DNA of 64,000 nt, taken from contig OZ037840.1 in assembly GCA_964035575.1 (NCBI GenBank), positions 1,736,001 through 1,800,000 of the forward strand, given 5' to 3'. The DNA comes from Rhynchopus sp. YZ270_cl-10 (taxonomy: Eukaryota). Position 1 is the stretch's first letter, and every line of letters starts with the position of its first letter. The notes under the pieces were generated by a model, which had not been told where the DNA came from, did no database searches, and was given only the letters and a program-made list of their open reading frames with translations. Shown here piece by piece: positions 1-10,888 of this stretch. A program made the position numbers and the translations under genes.

Positions 1-254
1 ACGATGTGTTCAACCACGCGAACGTGAACAGCTGCTGGGAACTGTACGGCATGAAGGACCGTGCACACTACCCCTCCTCTGGAAGCAAGTACGATATGGT
101 TGTGCGCGCTTCGAAGCCGAACGCCATTGACTGGATGACAAACTGGACTGAGGACGAGAAGCCCACCTGCCCAGGAGCGCCTGTATCATCCATCCAGGAG
201 GAGCACAACAGCACTGTCCAGCACATTTACTGGAACCTCACCTTCACAGACTGA
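1..254 (+). CDS. 3' end of a protein-coding gene of unknown function (partial, runs off the left edge)
   Basis: Open frame from nt 3 (DVFNHANVNSCWELYG...WNLTFTD*) with GC-rich codon usage like the other genes, followed by an AT-rich UTR. No recognisable motif. Confidence 0.7.
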   Translation, partial: DVFNHANVNSCWELYGMKDRAHYPSSGSKYDMVVRASKPNAIDWMTNWTEDEKPTCPGAPVSSIQEEHNSTVQHIYWNLTFTD

Positions 255-892
255 ACCTAAAACCGAAAACCGAAACCCGACACTCAAAAATGCAGGAAAG
301 CTTTATTTGGGTCCTGACTTACAACAACAACAACTCTTCACAGCAACCGCAAAAGGAAACTTTCCCAAGATGACGTACGGTTTCTATCTTTGCCCAACGT
401 CTATGTATCTGATATAAAAAAAAGTGGTGGAGTACATCCCCGGGTGTCTACACTAACACCAAGACTTTACGACAGTAAACAATTTGATTTTATTTTCGCG
501 ATATTCGCAACGCAGTATCGTATCCGTTAGGGAATGGCGTTGTTGACACACTGTTGGCATGTTCTTCCCGCCTCTAGAAAAAAAACCATGGTGCGTGCGT
601 CCTAGGCGTTTTGCACTGTCATTTTTTTTCTTCCTTTCGACTTCATATAAAGATGTGTGTGCACGAGAGGCACATTCATCTTAAAAATTTTTCGTTCTTT
701 TTCTTTCACAGAAATGCAATGTGTGGCATGTACTCTCGTATGTATTGCAAAAGTAAAAACCCCCTGCTACCCCATATGTACTTATTCCTCACCGCCGTGT
801 CTTTGATGAGAATCCCATATAACTGGCTTGTGGCAGCCAAAGTGTTGCTGTTTTTGATTATTTCGATGTCGGTTCTTTGTCAATGTAAACGG

Positions 893-985
893 AAATGGAT
901 GTAGGACTGCATGGTTTGAGGTCCACCCCATCATTGTACCAAAGGTACACTGTCATGGATGGTCTTTTGTATTCAAGTCAACTCT
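893..985 (+). repeat. Dispersed about 100-bp repeat family X; copies near 5680-5772 (-), 9314-9354, 16398-16500 and 45624-45670
   Basis: Shared AAATGGATGTAGG.CTGCATGGTT...GTACCAAAGGTACACTGT...TTTGTATT..CAACTCT; some copies are partial. Confidence 0.7.
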
Positions 986-1097
986 ATTTGCAGCAGTTTC
1001 CAGAGATTAGCCACAGCCTGATAATGTTTCACACTTACTCCCCCTTATTCACCCTTCGCAAAAACAGCAACAAAAAAAACTTAAAAAAGCTAAACCA

Positions 1098-1933
1098 ATG
1101 AGCGGAAGCGGGAGCACGTATACGTACACCCTCGCGAACGGGTCGCTGCTGTTCCGTTATGTGCTGGAGCCGACGTACAGCAGGCTTGTGGAGTATGTAC
1201 CGCGGTGGTACACACCGAACCAGATGACGCTGACGGGTATTGCGCTGACGGGGACTGCGTCGGCGATGCTGCTGTCGCATTTTCATGAGGAGCGTCCGCT
1301 GAGCTTTGAGTACTTGATGCTTGCGGGTGTGATGAACCTCGTGTACATGACGCTCGACAACCTCGACGGCAAGCAGGCACGCCGTCTCAAGATGAGCAGC
1401 GCCATCGGTGAGTACCTCGACCACGGCGGCGACTGCTGGACGTCCCTCCTCTCCACGTGGTGCATGTTCCGCCTGGCGAAGGTGCCTCTGGTGGACTACA
1501 CGCTGCTCTCGCTTGTCGTGAACACCGCGCTGGTGCACCTCTACCACATCGTGACAGGGAAGTCGACGCTCGGAGGTGATCTGTTCTCAGCAGATGAGGG
1601 CATGCTCACCTTCTGCATCGTTCCGATGATCACTGCTGCGTTTCCGTGGCTGTGGGACGTTGTTGTCTTGGAGGCGGGCGCGACGGAGTACAACGACAGC
1701 CCCGTGATGCTGACCACTGCGCTCTCGTGTGTGTTCGCCCTCGGACAGATTGTGTGCTTTGGGGAGATGCTGCGCTCGCTTGGCAAGGCATGTCTGCACC
1801 CGATCCTGATCCAGCTCGTTGCCACGTGTGCACTCATGGGTTACGGAAGAGATGGGACCGTGCAGTGGGTGCTCACCACAGCCATGCTCAGCTCCTTCGG
1901 TATCCATTATCTCATCTCTGCAGCATGCGTTAA
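1098..1933 (+). CDS. CDP-alcohol phosphatidyltransferase (choline/ethanolamine phosphotransferase-like), exon 1
   Basis: CDP-alcohol motif DNLDGKQARRLKMSSAIGEYLDHGGD, TPNQMTL motif and several TM segments. Donor GTATGT at 1934. join(1098..1933,2034..2124,4027..4113) = 1014 nt, 337 aa, in frame. Confidence 0.9.
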
Positions 1934-2033
1934 GTATGTTTCGTAAAGGGGGTTGTTTTTTGACATTTTGCATGTTCTGCATGTTCTAATGTGCACAAAT
2001 TAATAATGACACTGTATTCAAAACACCCCACAG

Positions 2034-2124
2034 AGCCAAGGACGCAGCGCTGACCCCCTTTGCTGCGGGAGTGATGACCCTCGTGCCGATTGCCTGGTTG
2101 AGTGTGCCGGAGTACAGATGCCAG
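2034..2124 (+). CDS. CDP-alcohol phosphatidyltransferase, exon 2
   Basis: Acceptor ACACCCCACAG ends at 2033. In-frame (K)AKDAALTPFAAGVMTLVPIAWLSVPEYRCQ. Donor GTTTGT at 2125. Confidence 0.8.
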
Positions 2125-2290
2125 GTTTGTGTTTTGTATTTGACCAAAAAAAGGGGGGTGATCTACTCATGTGGGCAACGCAAATCACTTCTTTGCAGTG
2201 TTCTTTTCAGATAGAAAATCAGTAGCCACGAAAACGAGGGAAATCGGAATATAACGGCTGCGTGGAGTTCCCACAGAGTGGTGTCTACAC

Positions 2291-3809
2291 CAGGCACTCC
2301 GCTAGGTACTAAAGTTCTGTTGATTGTCAACAGAACTTTTTGAAAATGGGGAAAAAAAGAAAAAATAAAAAAAGTTCTGCTAAGTGGTTCAGACCCGTTC
2401 TACCTGTCAAAAAAGCTCAGGAGAAGAAGATATGGAGAGGTGAGTGCTCAAACGTCCCACAAAAGTCAAATTCGGGCGTTGGTAACACCTCGTCCCGAAT
2501 TTTTGTCCGAGAATACGATTACTAATTAGTTACTCCACTAAATAAATCGAGCAAAAATATGGTGAACTCAGCGGAGCCCGGTTTTAAAAGTGCCAAAAAC
2601 GACCTTTTCGTTTTGACGCGTTGTGAGTTCCTCAAATGCAATTTTGAAAGGTAAAAAATTCGGGTTTTCTAAGCACAAGCAGTGTTAAGTCAAAAAATTT
2701 CGCGAAAAAAAAATAGGTTTTTTTTGCGTTAAAAGCTCGGAACCCAGAAACGTCCAATGGCGAAGTTTTTTTCTGGTTTCGTTGCACCCTGTATTTTTAC
2801 TAAAAAATCGAGACAAAGTGATTTTTACCTGGATTTTTGCCTGTATTTTACTAGGGATTTTCCCTTAGTAAAATACAGGGGAATTATCTAACACCTCGTC
2901 CCGAATTTTTGTCCGAGAATACGATTACTAATTAGTTACTCCACTAAATAAATCGAGCAAAAATATGGTGAACTCAGCGGAGCCCGGTTTTAAAAGTGCC
3001 AAAAACGACCTTTTCGTTTTGACGCGTTGTGAGTTCCTCAAATGCAATTTTGAAAGGTAAAAAATTCGGGTTTTCTAAGCACAAGCAGTGTTAAGTCAAA
3101 AAATTTCGCGAAAAAAAAATAGGTTTTTTTTGCGTTAAAAGCTCGGAACCCAGAAACGTCCAATGGCGAAGTTTTTTTCTGGTTTCGTTGCACCCTGTAT
3201 TTTTACTAAAAAATCGAGACAAAGTGATTTTTACCTGGATTTTTGCCTGTATTTTACTAGGGATTTTCCCTTAGTAAAATACAGGGGAATTATCTAACAC
3301 CTCGTCCCGAATTTTTGTCCGAGAATACGATTACTAATTAGTTACTCCACTAAATAAATCGAGCAAAAATATGGTGAACTCAGCGGAGCCCGGTTTTAAA
3401 AGTGCCAAAAACGACCTTTTCGTTTTGACGCGTTGTGAGTTCCTCAAATGCAATTTTGAAAGGTAAAAAATTCGGGTTTTCTAAGCACAAGCAGTGTTAA
3501 GTCAAAAAATTTCGCGAAAAAAAAATAGGTTTTTTTTGCGTTAAAAGCTCGGAACCCAGAAACGTCCAATGGCGAAGTTTTTTTCTGGTTTCGTTGCACC
3601 CTGTATTTTTACTAAAAAATCGAGACAAAGTGATTTTTACCTGGATTTTTGCCTGTATTTTACTAGGGATTTTCCCTTAGTAAAATACAGGGGAATTATC
3701 TTTAAAAAAAAAAGTTGCGTACCGTGCGCCTGCGGCGCAAGCATGTACCCCACCAACGTGGACCATCAACAGAATATTTTCAAAATCGGAAATCCTAGCG
3801 GAGAGCCTG
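2291..3809. mobile_element. Non-autonomous hAT-like DNA transposon inside intron 2
   Basis: TIRs CAGGCACTCCGCTAGG / CCTAGCGGAGAGCCTG (1 mismatch) and a perfect 8-bp TSD GTCTACAC (2283-2290, 3810-3817). Subterminal motif GTACCGTGCGCCTGCGGCGCAAGC also occurs beside the hAT remnant near 29302. Confidence 0.85.
2483..3701. repeat. Three near-identical tandem 406-bp units
   Basis: Unit start TAACACCTCGTCCCG at 2483, 2889 and 3295. Each unit ends in a hairpin CCTGTATTTTACTA...TAGTAAAATACAGG. Confidence 0.95.
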
Positions 3810-4026
3810 GTCTACACTGCGTTAAAAAAGAAAAAGAAAAATAAAACAAGTTTGATGTAAATTACCAAAAAAAATCAAAAATGACAACTGCGAAAAAAAG
3901 CAAACCCCTTCAATAAGTCTACACTGCGTTGTCAATCTTTCAGAAAAATTAAGAGGCAACTACACTACTCCAACAATTTATCAAATTATTAAATTTGAAG
4001 AAGAAAAAAACACTCAAACAACACAG

Positions 4027-4113
4027 ATCACTGCCTTGAGCATGGCTGCGCACTTCCTTCAGATGGTGTACAACTGCAACTTCATTACCGCAGAGAAGGC
4101 AAAGAAGGCGTAA
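4027..4113 (+). CDS. CDP-alcohol phosphatidyltransferase, exon 3 (last)
   Basis: Acceptor CAAACAACACAG ends at 4026. In-frame ITALSMAAHFLQMVYNCNFITAEKAKKA*, a hydrophobic helix plus basic ER-type tail. Confidence 0.75.
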   Translation: MTALSMAAHFLQMVYNCNFITAEKAKKA

Positions 4114-4489
4114 AAACAACACCACATTCATCACATAGACAAAATGCTTCGCAAACAGAAAGAAATCGAGGCTTGGGGTGCTATTGAAAGGTGATTAGAA
4201 GTGACGTCCCTGAGGAACCCAGATGACATTTTTTATTCCCAAAAAAAAAACCCCCAAATAAAAGTGTCAACTGAATACAAACAACAGTGGAGATTTGCAC
4301 AAACTGTGGCAACACTACCGAGGCAACTACACTACTCCAACAATTTATCAAACAAAAAAAAAAAAAAAAAAGAGAGTGACAGCGCAAGGCGGCCTTTCTA
4401 TAGAACCGAAGGACACAACACACCCTTCTCCCCCTCCTCCTTCCACACCCCCCCTACCCCCCGAGGCCTTTCCCCCCTAGTCTCTTTTC

Positions 4490-4526
4490 GAGGTGACTAA
4501 GACACAAGAGGCTTAGGTTCATCTCG
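4490..4526 (+). repeat. Dispersed about 35-bp stem-loop family Y; copies near 8951-8987, 19289-19304, 30216-30245 and 38346-38378
   Basis: GAGGTGACTAAG-N(8-11)-CTTAGGTTCATCT followed by an A/T run. Confidence 0.65.
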
Positions 4527-5820
4527 CAATTTTTTTTTCTCCGCGATTCGTATACTTTCACTGTGAACTGAGAGTTTTTGAATCTAATTCTCCGCTGACC
4601 ATCTAATAAGACGGCGAAGGGGGGGAGCAAAAGATCAAACAACAAAACCCAAAAAAAAAAATAGCTGAAATAGGCGAATTATGCGTTCGCATCATTCCGG
4701 ATTTTGGAAGGGGAAAAAACCAAAGCTATTTCCCCCTTTGTTATTATTGCAACAAAATGCAAAAAAATAAACATTCATTTGTTTTGAAGGTGCATGGTTT
4801 TGATGTACATTGTGCCGCGCCTTCCCATCTTCTTAACGTAATTCGTACAAAATTATCGACGTAAATATGTTCGACCTTTTCAGTATTTTTCTGGAAAATT
4901 TCGACCTTTTTTATGGTCAATAATGTTTTTTTTTGTACGAATACGGTACATTCAAATTTGGGTGTAGAAGAACGCAGTTGTGTTTATTTGCTGTCTTAGG
5001 TATAAGGTAGTGCCCACAACTGGGGATGTGCGCGTGTGTTGTGTGTAATGTCAACAGCGGAGGCTGAAGTAAATTCTCATTTTGTTTGTTTTTTTTGTTG
5101 TTGTTGCCCTCCTTTGGGGGGGGATCAAAAGAAAAAAACAATTTCTGGCCAATGTGGAGCGAAAAGGGCACGGTTAACATCCTTTTTCGCTTTTTTTTTT
5201 TTTTTTTTTTTCGTTTTTTGCCCATGTTCTTCTTCTTACCCACACGGTGGCACAACGGACGCTTTTGGGGGTACCCCCCGCAGATCCAACCCTGAGGGTC
5301 CGTATGGGCCACCGTGCACCCCTGCCGGATTTTGATATTTCTCTTACCTCCAGTAGTTTATACATTTTTTTTTTTGATTTTTTGAGTGATTTTTTTTTTG
5401 TGAACACTCTAGTGAAAGGGATGAATGTGTTTTCAGGAATAAGAAAAATGTACAAATTTGCAGTTGTGATGTATTTGCAAAAAAAAACAACAAAAGAGAA
5501 AGAACCGAATGGAGAGACGCCATCACGCAACCAAAAAAAGGCAGCACAAATCCTTTTCCCCATACAATCACAATCTCTTCTCTCTGCCCTAATTCTCTTT
5601 CGTCGAAGATGACCATGAATGGAGCTACAGTACGCTGTAAATCAATTTGAGAGCGAAAACAAAGAGTAAACCTGAAACACAAAACCCCTCTCATGAACAG
5701 TGTACCTTTGGTGCAAATGACCGGGTGTACCGTGGGGTGGACCACAAACCATGCAGTCCTACAAATCCATTTCGTGGTTCATCTCTGCAGCAAAATGCAA
5801 ATACAGTACAGTGAACAGAC

Positions 5821-5865
5821 CGCTGACGGGTAGGGTTCGAACCTACGCGGTGGATTTCATGTCCA
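5821..5865 (-). pseudogene. Degenerate tRNA-Ser(TGA)-like fragment or tRNA-derived SINE relic
   Basis: Minus strand reads TGGACATGAAATCCA (Ser-like anticodon arm) then CCGCGTAGGTTCGAACCCTAC (T arm). D arm, variable arm and 5' acceptor strand are not recognisable. Confidence 0.45.
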
Positions 5866-6194
5866 GAAGATGGCTACTTTGTGCTACTTTATCCAGGTTT
5901 TGACAACATCAAAATTTTTTTCCATCCCCTTCCCACACACACCCCCCTCTACAGTGCGAATTCCTCCCTCCCCCTCCTCCCCCACAGAAACCTATTTTTG
6001 TTCCCAGACATCCCCTGTTTCGTTTTCCCCGTTTTCCTTGTGTGAAGATAGCTATTGACACTGTAGTATTTTTACTCTAATCCTTTCACTCCCTCTCTCT
6101 CTCTCTCTCCCAAAGGGAGCCTTCACCTAACCACTACCCCCCCTTTGGAGGGGTTGCTCCGTACCCTATCCCTTTCTTAATCCAATTTCTAATA

Positions 6195-8454
6195 ATTCGC
6201 CAAACACAGCTGTTATGCTTGCTTCTGTTTCTGCCATGTGTTCCTGCACCAGACGCGCTGTCTGGGGCACCTACATCTGCACCTACCCTCCCACCCCGCC
6301 CACCCCTGCCTGCTACGTTGTTGCCCACACCGATCCCTACCACAGCTCCTTCGACGGCAACGCCACAGTCTAAGGATATGACAGAGGGACCGATACCTAC
6401 GCCCCCACCGATCAATGTGACCAGGTTGGTCGGGCCGAATCTGTTTAACGGAAGCCAAGGGGCGGATGCGATGCTTATTATCGTGGCTGAGGCGGGAGGG
6501 ATGCTTTCGGTGATCGTTGCGCGTTGAATGTCTGGATGGGCCACGTTCTCCTGACAGCCAGGTGCCGTTTATGCTGCATCCTACTGGGCTTCGTGTTGCA
6601 GGGAGCTATCGTGTTGGGAGTATTGTGGGTAACGTTATGCTGTCGGTTGGGTGGTGTGTGGTGGTGTTGGGGGTGGTGTTCGTGTGCACGCCAATGGCGG
6701 GGGGGTCTGCGAGGGATGGGTGGCGCGAGGCGACCGCGCGGCTGCGCTTTCCTTCCAGCTGCTCTCTGGTCCCAGCGTACTTCTTGGCAGCGACGTTTGG
6801 CACCTCAGTCAACATTCTCTTCACCGGCACCGCTGCGGCAGAGGTGGGGGTTGCGATGTGCGGCGTGGTGCTTTCCCTGTTTCTCGTCTTTCTCGTCTAT
6901 TCTAATACACGCCAATGGAGGTTCCAATCCACTCTACGGTACGTTGAGTTTCGGGAGTGCCGCTGGACGAAGCTGTTGTGGTATATCTTTGGGTCAGAGA
7001 TATGGGAAAATGCGGAGACGAGGGGAGTGCTGTTTGAAAGCTATGCGATTCGTGACGGAAGTGCGGTCTGGGGTGCTGGGGTGACCCGGCGTGGACGCTA
7101 TGCGCTAGTCGAGTACGGCCAGGTGCTGGTCCTCGTAACGATCTCTGCAGTTCACGTCACCACCTGGCAGACCTGTGCAGTAAAGACCGGGCTTATCTCT
7201 GTCGTATTCTTCGTGCTTGCGGCAGCAACCCACCATCAGCAACCCTTCATCGCAACCTTTCTGAACCATGTCGTCTTCGTCTCCCACACCGCCTGCGGTG
7301 CTGGAATGCTCATCCTGACAGCCCTCTTTGTTGCCGAAGGGGCGAACCTACAGCTGCTCTTTCTTGCTTCGAACCTCATCTTCGCTGGACTCATTTTGAA
7401 CTACACTCGCGGCAGCTACGATGCCATGATGTATTTTCTTCATATCTGCAAAATCAGCCCAAAACGTTGGCTCGAATATAAAGACAAAGACGTTCTCTGT
7501 GAAGTGTCCTGCGAGGATAATGACATCACAGTCCGCACCGAAGCATGCGACACAACAAGCAACCACTCGATGCAACTTCTCGAGAGCGGCGGTATCAAGC
7601 GTCCACAGCGCGACCACTCCTGCACCTCCTCCAATGGCTCCTCCGGTGTTCATGTAGGTGGGGACACACAGCACAGCCTTGCAGAACTACAGCGTGGAGG
7701 CAACCAGGCTGTGCCCACCACCCTCGTCAACTCCCCAATCGAACACCCTCTGGTCGCGCGCTCCTCCTCCCGTCGTCTCTCTCTCAGCCCTCTGCCTCTC
7801 GGGGGCGCAAGAGCCTCTTCAACTTCATCGTTTTCTGGCCTCTCTGGGAATAGGTCTGTCACACCACCGTCGAGGAGGAATTCGTTGCCGAGGGTGCGTC
7901 GTGCGCAGACAGGGATTTCGCTGTCGGGTCGTGGTGGTGTCATAGGGAATGCAGCAGAGGGGTTGTTGACACCGCGGGAGGATGCTGAGGAGGTGCTGGG
8001 TGCTGGGGGAGAGGGGGAAGTCGAGGAGGAGCAAAAGGCACCACAGAGGGCGTCCTCGGCACGGAGAAGCCTTGCTTCGATGGCAAGACCGAGGTCTGCA
8101 ACGCATGACTGTGGTGCTCCGGGTGCACGTGGAAGGGAGAGGGCTTCTTCGTTGTCGCCGGCCGGAGGTGGCAGAAGTGGAGGTGGAGGAGGAGGTGGAG
8201 GAGGTGGTACCGTGGGCGAAAGAGACAGATTTTCTTCGGTCCCACGTAGTAGTGGCATGTCCTCTGGTCTTTGCGCCCTGCGTCCCCTGGTGAAGTCCAG
8301 TTCTGCTCTAAACATGACTTCAGAAAGAGAAGGTGATAAGGAGCTGGGTGAGGAAAGCAGTGCTGGCATGGCGGGACTGAGCATGGAGGAGATCCCCTTA
8401 GGAGCGTTGCCGCTGCGTAAGGTGCAGACAGGAAGGTCTTTGGTGCATCTTTAA
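6195..8454 (+). pseudogene. Pro/Thr-stalk multipass membrane protein (bodonin/DGF-1-like TM domain), frameshifted; pseudogene or assembly error
   Basis: Signal-like LLCLLLFLPCVPA and PT stalk in one frame (ORF 6219-6527); TM domain VECLDG..VPFMLHPTG..GSIVGN in another (6517-8454). Alignment with the paralog at 10889 implies 2 nt missing near 6522. No in-frame ATG; ATT at 6195. Confidence 0.6.
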
Positions 8455-9107
8455 AGTGTTGTAAGTATTCTATTGTTTTTTTTTTTGGGCAAATTGCGAT
8501 AACACGTATACTTTTTTGTTTCCGTTTGCGAAAAACACGTACACAAAAAGTTTTCGTGTTATTGCGGAAAAGTGTATGTGTTAGATTTGCTGTTTTTGTG
8601 GTGACATTTGAGCGCAATTGTTTCTTTGCCTGACCAAGAAAGGTTCCAAGTGACTGGTTGCTCGGGTGTACTTCTCTCTTTATTTGCTTTCCCTCATTTT
8701 CATTTTCATTATCATTTCCATTTCTTAAAGATATGTGTGACGAGAGGCACATACCGTGTTTCTAAAAAATATGGACCACAATTATGGACCTTTTGGGATA
8801 TATTTATTTCTATGGACCAATTTTTCTGGCTTATATTTTTTTCAAAACACGGTACATTGTCACACGTTTTCTTTCCATTTTACTCGACATTGACACGTTT
8901 TTTTATTCACTTTTTCCCACACCTGTTTTTACTATATTTTTCACATTTTTGAGGTGCACTGAGCACGCGAGGCTTAAGTTCATCTTAAAAAACTTTTCTT
9001 TTGAATTTTGAAAAAATTTTCTCCAAAAAAACATAAAATGGGGTTCACACCAAGCCCCGATTTATTGTTACTATTTTTGCCACGGAAGTTGTGGCCTTTT
9101 TCTTTTA

Positions 9108-9209
9108 CCGACCCTCAATCAAATTGTCCCCCCCTGACCCCCTTGAAATTGTCCGTCGGGGCAAAATACCGGTTTTTTTTGGGGGGACAATTTCACGGGG
9201 GAGGGTCGG
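9108..9209. mobile_element. MITE with TA TSD (Tc1/mariner/pogo-like)
   Basis: TA-CCGACCCTC...GAGGGTCGG-TA, plus internal inverted pair AAATTGTCCCCCC / GGGGGGACAATTT. Confidence 0.6.
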
Positions 9210-9801
9210 TATTATGATAGACTATCATAGTCATGTTTACGGGTTTGCGTAATTTAAACCCTGCAACAATTTAACAATTTAACATTTTTCACTTTTCATT
9301 TTATTGGTTCGTGAGGTACACTGTACACGAGAGGGCTTTGTATTTCAAGTCAACTTTTTTTTGTATGCGATTCTGCCGTATTTTTTGACGGCATAATAAA
9401 AAAGATGAAATAGAACTGTCTTCGAAACTTGTTGATTTTTACGCGCCACTATATTTTTCTAGTGTAAAAAGACAAAGTGGAAAGGAACGTATCTATTTTC
9501 TTCGTTTTAGTAATTTTTCTTTTGATCTTACTTTTGATGGTGGCTAAAAAAGGGGGGAATGTCGCACGTTTTTTTTTTACCCTGTTTCCTCATGTTTGGT
9601 CACAGTGTCCAGAGCTGGATGTCATATTGACTATATTGTACCACTCCGAGCAGTGCTGCAAAAACAAAAAACAAACGGCGCGAACTTCACTGTGAAGGGT
9701 GTATGAAAACCCCCCTTGTTTAGCTATATCGTCTTATTTACACAAAATTTTTAAAATGGATTTTTGTCAAGAAAGTCCGTGGGGCAGGATGGGGAGGCGT
9801 T

Positions 9802-9940
9802 CACGGCGGACTCGTCAGGGGGACTACTAGTCCAAATGACTAGTGTTTTACGACTAGTGTCACACCAGTAGCACCACTAGTTTAGCACTGGTTGTTACAA
9901 CTAGTAGTTCCACTGGTAGTCCCCTGACTATTCCGCCGTG
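9802..9940. mobile_element. MITE with CACGG termini and 2-bp TSD (EnSpm/CACTA-like)
   Basis: CACGGCGGACTCGTCAGGGGGACTAC ... GTAGTCCCCTGACTATTCCGCCGTG, flanked by TT on both sides, with internal ACTAGT repeats. Confidence 0.6.
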
Positions 9941-10229
9941 TTTCATGCGCCAGAGGGGATGGGGGTATGCGTGGGAACTATTCTGTTTTTGTCCCCTCAG
10001 GGAGGTAAACGTTCCCTGCCCCTTTACTAAAATTGCAAAGTTAACACCCTTTTGGCTAGGGTATATAAATGCTGGGCCAGTGGCTTCCCCATGTGAAGGG
10101 GTGCTTTTTGCACTCAGAGCATGAAACAGCGACGAACATCAGGCCAAGAGCTTGCTTCACCTTTGGGTTATATGGTGCACCGCCTGTAAAGACGTCCATG
10201 TAAATCCCTAAGGGGTGAGGCCCTACTTA

Positions 10230-10282
10230 TGCTTTCATCTGGAGGCTGGAGTGGGTCAGTTGGAGGTGCCTGCATCAATAAA
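10230..10282 (+). repeat. Dispersed about 55-bp repeat family Z; copies near 10510-10575, 22381-22437 and 46056-46112
   Basis: Shared TGCTTTCATC...GTGGGTCAGT.GGAGGTGCC.GCATCAA. Confidence 0.7.
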
Positions 10283-10888
10283 TTCTTCACTTTTTTTTTG
10301 AGTATGCAATACGTCTGGAAATGAAGGACACATTCTTAGTTATGCATACATCTTCCCCGAGAGGAGGCCGGCTACATTTAAAAAAAACGCGTGTTTGTTG
10401 TAAGTGAGTGGCATTTTGTTAAAACTTTTCATAAAAAAAACCCCCCCTTTTCAAGAAAAGCAGAGGCAAGACACGTTCCTCTCGATAACTACAACCAAAA
10501 AATTGTTGTGCTTTCATGGGCCGGTATCGTGCAGTAGAGGTCAGTCGGGGAGTCGGAGGGGTACCTGCATCGAATAGCTACCGTTTCTTTACCCTGCTTT
10601 TTCCCCCTATCTGTCAACTTTTTCCCCCCCTTTCACCTCCCCTCCTCCACAGCGCAGTGGTCATTTTTTTAAAAAACATTTTTTTTTAGTACCGACTCTT
10701 TACCCAGTACGGCGCAATAATAGTGATTTACCAGCACAAAACAAAAGCCCTATCCCACCATTTTTCCATATCACCCCCCCTTTTTTCTTTAACCCCCACA
10801 AACCGACCACCACACAAACACAGTGCAGTGCAGTAACACCTCTCTCTTTTTCTCCCCTCCCTCCCTCCCCTCCTCCCCCTCCACCCTG

